Assembly (NCBI GenBank): GCA_043824255.1
Contig: JBDRTG010000043.1
Location: 47,644-111,643 of the forward strand
Reading direction: 5' to 3'
Origin: a bacterium
GTDB taxonomy: Bacteria; JAHJDO01
DNA length: 64,000 nt
The notes under the pieces are model-generated. The model was not told the DNA's origin and made no database searches. It saw only the letters and a list, made by a program, of their open reading frames with translations. The position numbers and the translations under genes were made by a program. Within the stretch, counting starts at the first letter, position 1; each line of letters begins with the position of its first letter. Shown here piece by piece: positions 57,810 to 64,000 of this stretch.

Positions 57810-59048
57810 CTACCTTGACCAAGCTGGCTCTAACGCATTATGTTCTGGAGAAGTTAATCTATATTTCTCTCCTGTTATGACATCAATTACTTCCATGTAT
57901 GATATAAAATTCTTTGTAACACTGTAAACAATATGTCTCCCATCGGGAGCCCAAGAAGGATTCTCATGATGATGCGGTTCATATGTCAACTGATAAACTC
58001 CATAAGCATCCAAATTTGCTACATAAATTTGAAAATTCCCATTTTTCACTGACGTATAAGCAATCTTATTAGAGACTGGGGACCAACATGGGTCAGTGTT
58101 GTATGATCCTTCAAATGTGAGTCTGATAGTTTTATTATCTAATAAATAAGTTATGTATATTTGCGGGGTTCCAGTGCGATCTGAGACAAAGGCTATTTTT
58201 TGGTTATCTGGGGACCATGTTGGAGCTGATTCTACAGCTCTGGAAGTTGTCAGGCGCTTAAGAAGTAAATCAGGGAAAGAAACTTTATATAATTCCGGAT
58301 TTCCATCCTTGCTGAGTATTAAGGCTATATTTTTGCCATCATTTGAGACAACAGAGGCTGCATTAACGCCTGGATAACAAATCAAAGCTCCTTTCTTGTG
58401 ATTCTTCAGATTGCAGGTAAATATTTCAGGAGACCTATTCTTATATGAGGTGTATGCAATCTTAGTGCAATCAGGGAACCAGCAAGGTTCAATGTTATTA
58501 TAATTTCCAGAAGTAATTTGCTCTCCGTTTTCTCCATCATAATCCATTACATATATTTGTTTTATGCCCGCCTTATCAGAAGAAGTATAGGCAATCTTTG
58601 AGAATACAATGCTTTTTTCTCCAGTAACCTTTTCTATGATATCGCTGGTAACAGTTTTTATTAATAAGCTGGACTGAGGGATTAGCCCTCGATATTTTTT
58701 GGCAAATATTTCCTGGTTTGCTGATGGAGAATATATCTTTGTTATAAGAACAAGTTTCCCCTTTTTTGTTTCATAAGAGCCTTTAATTACTAATTCTGTG
58801 TCTTTTAAAACTAGCTTTTGTATGGAAAAATGCCCGGAGTACTTCAGATGTTTTGACAAATCAGCATAAATTACTTTCTCTAATTCTGTATCAGGCTCGG
58901 CTCCTTCAACAGCGAAAGCCTCAATAAACAGATTTACTTTTTTTGCAGATTCTTTAGATATGCTTAATTGAACTTCTGAGGAAAAGCATGGATTAGAATA
59001 AAATATAGACAAGCACACAAACACAAAGAGTAAATTTTTAATTTTCAA
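57810..59048 (-). CDS. tolB: TolB-like beta-propeller protein
   Basis: Signal peptide, TolB_N-like region, PD40 repeats 'PTWSPD...IAFVSDR.G.PQIY', 'PSWAPDG'; downstream of tolQRA. Confidence 0.85.
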   Translation of the reverse strand: MKIKNLLFVFVCLSIFYSNPCFSSEVQLSISKESAKKVNLFIEAFAVEGAEPDTELEKVIYADLSKHLKYSGHFSIQKLVLKDTELVIKGSYETKKGKLVLITKIYSPSANQEIFAKKYRGLIPQSSLLIKTVTSDIIEKVTGEKSIVFSKIAYTSSDKAGIKQIYVMDYDGENGEQITSGNYNNIEPCWFPDCTKIAYTSYKNRSPEIFTCNLKNHKKGALICYPGVNAASVVSNDGKNIALILSKDGNPELYKVSFPDLLLKRLTTSRAVESAPTWSPDNQKIAFVSDRTGTPQIYITYLLDNKTIRLTFEGSYNTDPCWSPVSNKIAYTSVKNGNFQIYVANLDAYGVYQLTYEPHHHENPSWAPDGRHIVYSVTKNFISYMEVIDVITGEKYRLTSPEHNALEPAWSR

Positions 59049-59465
59049 TTTCTAATTTCCAATGAATTACTAATTTTTGTTATTGTACAAACCCAATTCT
59101 TCTTTTAGGTTTTTCTGGCACCGGTGGTGGTTCTAGCAACTGACTTATAGTTTCAAAGACAATCTTGAACTGCTTATCGTATTTACTTTCCATATCTTTA
59201 ATCTTTCACTGTAAATCTTTATGAGTTGCAAGGAGTTCTCTGAGTTTTGCGAGTTCCACCCCAACTTGATGTTCCAAAATGGAATATCAAGAATATCTTT
59301 TTCTCAATTCTCTCTTGTAAAACTAGAGCCGAATTTACCGCATCCTTCTTATTTCCCATAACGCTCTCACCTTCTTTACTCATCATTTTTACGTTTATTA
59401 TATTTATACTTAAAAATTAAAGCATTAAAAATTGATTAATAATTGAAAATTTAAAATTAGAAATT
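59040..59465. mobile_element. AT-rich element with terminal inverted repeats, carrying a decayed ORF6N gene
   Basis: aatttctaattt (59047-59058) vs aaattagaaatt (59454-59465); both ends recur in a short copy at 60198-60320. Confidence 0.55.
59080..59386 (-). pseudogene. ORF6N-domain protein pseudogene
   Basis: Minus-strand fragments 'QERIEKKIFLI', 'GTSSWGGTRK', 'KLRELLATHKDLQ*KIKDMESKYDKQFKIVFETISQLLEPP..EKPKRRIGF'; internal deletions, a frameshift and an in-frame TGA. Confidence 0.75.
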
Positions 59466-59471
59466 TTCTTT

Positions 59472-60146
59472 TCATAGTGTTTTAAAAATAATGCTAACAT
59501 TTAAATATTCTTCTTTCCATTCTGAAGGAAGAGCAGGTAAAGTTCCTGCTGACTTTATGGCATTTAGTGCTGAATTATCAAGCAATTTCATACCAGAAGA
59601 ATGCTTTACCTTCACATTGTCTATAATGCCATTTTTACTAACTGTAAAACTAACTGTAACATATGTACCCTCTTTTGGTATTATATATTCACTCGGAGGT
59701 GTCCATGCATTTGATAACTTAGTCTTTATTACAGTCAAATACCATAAATAAGGAAATCTCCCTGCGCTGATATGCACATCTTCTTTGCTTATAGACTGTA
59801 GGGATTTTGCTGTCTTCTCTTTTTTAATAGGAATATGTTTTGCTGAATCAGATTTATCCATAGTTTTAAGTTTTGTAAGTATTTTTGTCCTTAGTTTGCG
59901 TGTGTCTAATATCTTTTTCGGCTTTTGAGTGGTTTTAGGGGGCGAAGATCGCTTTAAAGTTTTAACCGGTTTTTCAACTTGTTCTATATCCGGAGTTAAT
60001 TGAACGAATTGCGGAACTTCAAGCTTTGATGTCTTGTGTTTCACAATTGCAATAAGAACTATTAATAAAATGATGCTTATGTGAACGCTTAGAGATATTA
60101 GAAACGCCTTCGTATTCAGCGTGTTAGGTTTATCGTAAATATTCAC
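59472..60146 (-). CDS. TonB/TolA-family energy transducer
   Basis: N-terminal TM with 'SLSVH', Pro/Lys-rich linker, TonB_C 'SSG..LLDNSALNAI'. Confidence 0.88.
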   Translation of the reverse strand: MNIYDKPNTLNTKAFLISLSVHISIILLIVLIAIVKHKTSKLEVPQFVQLTPDIEQVEKPVKTLKRSSPPKTTQKPKKILDTRKLRTKILTKLKTMDKSDSAKHIPIKKEKTAKSLQSISKEDVHISAGRFPYLWYLTVIKTKLSNAWTPPSEYIIPKEGTYVTVSFTVSKNGIIDNVKVKHSSGMKLLDNSALNAIKSAGTLPALPSEWKEEYLNVSIIFKTL

Positions 60147-60197
60147 AGACCCCCCGTCCTATAAAAAATCCAAAACAAATTTAAAGACTGCATTCTT

Positions 60198-60320
60198 AAT
60201 TTTCAATTTCCAATGAATTACTAAATTTTAGAATTTCTATTTATTTCTTTGTGCCTTTTGCAATTAAAAATTAAAGCATTAAATAATTGATTAATAATTT
60301 AAAATTCAAAATTAGAAATT
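60198..60320. repeat. Empty copy of the AT-rich element at 59040-59465
   Basis: Shares aatttccaatgaattactaa (60205-60224 = 59054-59073) and a ~55-nt right end (60265-60320 ~ 59411-59465). Confidence 0.8.
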
Positions 60321-60324
60321 GTTC

Positions 60325-60738
60325 TTAACGGCGTATATTACGAACTCTGGTTGGAAGGCCAACTCTTGAGATGCCTGACTCTCTGACTATATCAAGGACT
60401 TTAATTACTTCACCATACTTAACGGATTTATCAGCTTTGATTATTACAGATGTATTCTGAGTTGATTCAACAATTATTTTAAGCCGTTTTCTTAAGGATT
60501 CATAAGTTACCTTGGTATTATCCAGATACAGACTACCATACCTTGATATACTGATTGTAACAGCATCCTTTGAAACATTCATCCTTTCAGATGATGCTTG
60601 CGGAAGTTGAACATTGATTCCATGAAGCATAATTGGAGTAATCAAAATAAAAACAATTAAAAGAACCATCGTAACATCAACAAGACTTGTAATATTTATC
60701 TGGCTGATCGGAGCGTATGAATATAATCTGCTTTTCAT
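60325..60738 (-). CDS. tolR: ExbD/TolR family protein
   Basis: 'QINITSLVDVTMVLLIVFIL', 'IKADKSVKYGEVIKVLD'. Confidence 0.88.
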   Translation of the reverse strand: MKSRLYSYAPISQINITSLVDVTMVLLIVFILITPIMLHGINVQLPQASSERMNVSKDAVTISISRYGSLYLDNTKVTYESLRKRLKIIVESTQNTSVIIKADKSVKYGEVIKVLDIVRESGISRVGLPTRVRNIRR

Positions 60739-61409
60739 AGGTTCTGTGCCCTAACTAATTTCCTTTCTGCAAGAGAAAGGAATTCCCCTACAAAATTATC
60801 TGTTTCTATTGATAACACTCTCAGCTGGTTTGAGAAGAAATTGTATGCAACAAGAGCCGGGATTGCTACTATCAGTCCTGCTACAGTTGTTATCAGTGCC
60901 TCAGCAACTCCTGGAGCAACAGTTCCTATACTTGCAGTTCCCTGCAAACTGACCTGCAGGAAGACATTGAGTATGCCCCATACAGTGCCTAACAATCCTA
61001 TAAAAGGGCTGACTCCTGCAGTTGTTGCAAGAAATCCTAAAAATCTCTCGAGCTTGAAGAATGAATCACTAACTGAACTTAACAGTGTTTTCTCTACGTA
61101 TTTTAAATCTGAGGCAGTAATATTCTCTCCTATAGAATTAACTTTCTCACACCCTTGTTTATAGACTTGAAATACAGGAGAAAACTTGTACTCTTCAGTG
61201 CTTTTGATAGACAGATTAAACACAGTTTCAGAAGAAGAGTTTCTGAATATTCTTAAGAATTGTTTAGACGTTCTTTCTGCTTTTCTAATTGCCCCGAATT
61301 TTATGATGATTACATACCAGGCTACTACAGAAATTGCAAACAATAAAAGCACAATTATTCTCCCAACCCAGCCTGAATGTTGAAATGATAGAATCAAATT
61401 GCTACTCAT
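60735..61409 (-). CDS. tolQ: MotA/TolQ/ExbB proton channel
   Basis: 'LATTAGVSPFIGLLGTVWGI', 'VAPGVAEALITTVAGLIVAIPA..AYN'. Confidence 0.92.
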   Translation of the reverse strand: MSSNLILSFQHSGWVGRIIVLLLFAISVVAWYVIIIKFGAIRKAERTSKQFLRIFRNSSSETVFNLSIKSTEEYKFSPVFQVYKQGCEKVNSIGENITASDLKYVEKTLLSSVSDSFFKLERFLGFLATTAGVSPFIGLLGTVWGILNVFLQVSLQGTASIGTVAPGVAEALITTVAGLIVAIPALVAYNFFSNQLRVLSIETDNFVGEFLSLAERKLVRAQNL

Positions 61410-61711
61410 TGCTCTTAATACTCCTTCTAGATGACAATAAAAATATACTATAAATTGTCATAACACACAAGTAAGTAATTTTATGACAAAAAGTGTATGT
61501 GTCCAGCCAGCACAAGTATTTGACAGAAATGTGTATAGTATGCGACAATTAGACAAATAAATTTAGAAATCGAAGAGGTGGGATACGAAAATGTTAAGAT
61601 TTTTTAGAAGATTCAGAGGATTCATCTTTGTAGGGACATGTGGATAATCGGACACGTATCTTAATCAGCGAACTGTATTAAAATATTCTTATAAAATAAC
61701 AGGAGGATAAG

Positions 61712-64000
61712 ATGAGAAAAGGTATAGTTGTTGGGTTGGTTGTTTTGGCTGTTTGTAGTTGTTTAAGTTTGCTAAATGCAGAAGAAAAAGGCAAGAATCT
61801 TGCTCCCAATGCATCCTTTGAACAGGGAGAAGGGAATAAAGTAATTGGCTGGGCTTTCTGGGCCTGGGCACCTAAAGGAGTGAAAGCGACATCCAAAGGC
61901 ATCTGGGATAATACGGTTGCTCACACCGGCACCCATTCCTTGAAGATTCAGGGTACTGAAGCCAAGCAGGTAGGTGATTGGGATAATAAGCACGGCGGGG
62001 AACTTATCCCGGTAGAGGAAGGGAAGGTATATACGGTCTCGGTCTGGATTAAGACACAGACTATTCCCAATGAGGGCGTGGTAAAGAGATTCGGAATCGG
62101 TTTTTATGATGAGCAGAGCCAGGGGCTCAAAAAAGGTGGCAAGACTTATAAGCCGGATTTAACCGGAGAGAATGACTGGACTCAGGTGCGTTTTTTTATC
62201 CGTACCCCGGAGAAGGCTAAATTTGCCAGGATAGACTTCTCCTTTGACGGTATCGGAAGCGCCTGGTTCGATGATGTGGAGGTGATAGAAACTTCCTCTT
62301 TATCAGATCAGAGGCAATGGGAAGAAGGGGTAATCAGCTTTAAGGCACCCGGTCTCAACGTTGCCCTGGGCAAAACCTACGAGTGGAATGTCAAGCCCAC
62401 GTATAAGCATTGCAGTGATTCTGATGATGCCAAGCAGCTTACAGACGGGAAGTACGTGCCTGGATGCAATTGGACCAAAGAAGGAACGGTGGGCTGGAAC
62501 CAAATGAGAGAATTGCTCTCCATCACCATTGACCTCGGGCAGGTGGAGCCGATCACCGGCCTGTCTTACAACACTACTGCTGGGAGCGCAGGCATCTACT
62601 GGCCCAACGCAATCGTAATTCTTGTCAGTGACGATGGCAAGACTTTCTATAATGCGGGCGAGTTGACCGAGCTCTCCGCCCTTCACGCTGCGGTTCCAGT
62701 CAGTGGCGTTCACCGCTACTATACCGATCGGTTAGCGACCTATGGACGGTACGTGCGTTTGCTGATTAGCGCCTCATCATACATCTTTTGTGATGAGATC
62801 GAGATCTATCGGGGCGATGACAAACTTCTGAAGCAGTCACATGTCGGGTCACCCGTAACCGACGTAAAGCAGTTTATCTTAAAGAATGCCACACGCACGG
62901 GTATCCGTAAGCGTATGCTGGGGGACATCGCCGATATGAAGAAGAGCGTGGCCAACTCAAGCCTGTTGCCTTCGCAGAAACAGAACTGCCTTAAGAGACT
63001 AAAGGAGCTCATTGAGCCGGTAATGAAACTTGAAATTGCCAACGAGAAAACGTTTCGCTGTATTCTGCCACTGAATTCTCTTCACGCTGAGGTGTACGCA
63101 GTGAATGCGCCGCTCCTGCGTGCGCAGGGGGTCAAAAACTTCACGGTCTGGCACACATGCCGGTGGGACCCGCTGGCGCCGCTGGACGTTCCAGCAGGAC
63201 AGACAGGCACACTGACAATCCGCGCAATGCGTGGCGAGTATCGCGCTGAGACGCTGAACCTGACCAACCCAGCCGACCGCACCAAGAATGTGCTTATCTC
63301 GTTTAAGGGTTTGCCAGAATCTCCAACGCCGGACTGGATTGAGCCGCATGAGGTCCTTTACACAGATTCATTGTATGGCCGGGTGATTGCTGACGCACTT
63401 AAGCCATTGTCACCGAATGGAGGAGCATACAAACTGACAATCCCCGCGGGAATGACCAAGCAGATATGGTTGCGATTCCATCCGACGACAACCCCGCCCG
63501 GGAAGTACGAGGGTGAGATTATTCTTGCCACAGAGACAGTCACCCGCTCCGTGCCCCTGCGTGTCCACATCTCCAAAATTCGCTTCCCGAAGCAGGTACG
63601 ATGCACCCAGCTGTTGTGTGACTACTCGGATTCTCCGAGCTACGACTTTAAAATTCTCGGCGACGCAGGAATCGACGTGGCCATCAAGAATATGCAGGAG
63701 CATTTCGTGAATCAAACCTGGGCGCATGCGGGGGCAGCGGCGATTCCTAATGCAGGCTATTATAATGACAAGCATGAACTTATTAAACCCCTGAACTGGG
63801 CGCGATTCGACCGCTGGGTCCAGCGCTGGGGTGGAACACCCCGCTACTACGTGGTGTTCCTTGCCTTCAAAGGGGAGCGCTTTGCGGGCACAACGATGGG
63901 AACGTCTGCTTTTGACGCAAGACTCAGCGTCTGGACGGCCGCCTGGCGAAAACATGTTATTGATATTGGGCTGAATCCCGGAGAAATTGCGGTTCTCGTG
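61712..64000 (+). CDS. Secreted multimodular glycan-active protein (CBM4/9-like + discoidin-like + GH123/DUF4091-like region), partial at the window end
   Basis: Not in the ORF track. Manual translation from ATG 61712 (RBS aggagg) stays open to 64000 (763 codons): MRKGIVVGLVVLAVCSCLSLLNA; 'NASFEQG...AWFDDVEV'; 'LTDG...ITIDLG...CDEIEIY'; 'PGKYEGEI...VPLRVHISKIRFP'. Confidence 0.85.
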   Translation, partial: MRKGIVVGLVVLAVCSCLSLLNAEEKGKNLAPNASFEQGEGNKVIGWAFWAWAPKGVKATSKGIWDNTVAHTGTHSLKIQGTEAKQVGDWDNKHGGELIPVEEGKVYTVSVWIKTQTIPNEGVVKRFGIGFYDEQSQGLKKGGKTYKPDLTGENDWTQVRFFIRTPEKAKFARIDFSFDGIGSAWFDDVEVIETSSLSDQRQWEEGVISFKAPGLNVALGKTYEWNVKPTYKHCSDSDDAKQLTDGKYVPGCNWTKEGTVGWNQMRELLSITIDLGQVEPITGLSYNTTAGSAGIYWPNAIVILVSDDGKTFYNAGELTELSALHAAVPVSGVHRYYTDRLATYGRYVRLLISASSYIFCDEIEIYRGDDKLLKQSHVGSPVTDVKQFILKNATRTGIRKRMLGDIADMKKSVANSSLLPSQKQNCLKRLKELIEPVMKLEIANEKTFRCILPLNSLHAEVYAVNAPLLRAQGVKNFTVWHTCRWDPLAPLDVPAGQTGTLTIRAMRGEYRAETLNLTNPADRTKNVLISFKGLPESPTPDWIEPHEVLYTDSLYGRVIADALKPLSPNGGAYKLTIPAGMTKQIWLRFHPTTTPPGKYEGEIILATETVTRSVPLRVHISKIRFPKQVRCTQLLCDYSDSPSYDFKILGDAGIDVAIKNMQEHFVNQTWAHAGAAAIPNAGYYNDKHELIKPLNWARFDRWVQRWGGTPRYYVVFLAFKGERFAGTTMGTSAFDARLSVWTAAWRKHVIDIGLNPGEIAVLV

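Noticed and set aside
4543-57822. Longer ORF-track starts for pcrA (4584), yjbQ (4543), 13856, 30756, 45409, 49211, 51583 and 57822
   Set aside because: They overlap neighbouring genes or lack an RBS; downstream ATGs fit family N-termini and Shine-Dalgarno sites better.
61455-61489. Perfect 9-bp inverted repeat ttgtcataa-N17-ttatgacaa upstream of tolQ
   Set aside because: Could be an operator, but there is one instance, it is AT-rich, and no cognate regulator can be assigned.
819-63955. Numerous 60-190 aa ORFs antisense to or nested in long genes (e.g. 4204-4521, 24852-25193, 49381-49845, 56800-57381, 62303-63955)
   Set aside because: Shadows of well-supported genes on the opposite strand or frame, with no motifs or RBS. 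The minus-strand ORFs at 62.3-64 kb mirror the GC-rich plus-strand gene from 61712.
1-64000. tRNA, rRNA or known riboswitches
   Set aside because: No T-loop/anticodon-arm pattern, rRNA-like tract or recognisable riboswitch consensus was seen in the intergenic regions by eye; a tRNAscan/Infernal run would be definitive.

Overview
Chromosomal window from a low-GC (roughly 37-40% by eye) diderm bacterium, probably PVC-superphylum-like. That taxon is inferred from a DUF1559-type prepilin among glycan-module genes, a secretin, tolQRAB and HrcA/CIRCE. Layout: (1) fxsA, GT4, dppA, pcrA, yjbQ (0-5.6 kb). (2) An AraC-linked carbohydrate locus (5.5-22.4 kb): a 1891-aa PKD protein, a collapsed duplicate cassette, a prepilin-like gene, a 1186-aa CBM/GH-like protein, and a GH4-UROD-like-araB-araD operon without araA. 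(3) hrcA-grpE-dnaK-dnaJ with a perfect CIRCE. (4) An accessory island (27.2-32 kb) with RhuM-Doc, a restriction-modification relic and orphan envelope genes. (5) gltX, secretin, an M28-AAC(3) fusion and ruvB. (6) The most striking feature: gdhA followed by a tightly packed carB-purF*-DUF1846-purL-hisF operon. It gathers the synthase halves of four glutamine amidotransferases with no glutaminase partner in the window. PurF lacks its catalytic Cys1 and HisF has Asn at the glutaminase-activating Asp98 position, which suggests a dedicated free-ammonia-dependent system built around DUF1846. (7) PTS-IIA/antiporter/PII genes with an inserted nucleotidyltransferase pair, an M16 protease, a DD-peptidase, and tolQRAB interrupted by an AT-rich inverted-repeat element. 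(8) A GC-chimeric secreted glycan-module gene that runs off the right end and is absent from the ORF track. No rRNA, tRNA or CRISPR array was seen. All family assignments come from motif recognition by eye, not from database searches.
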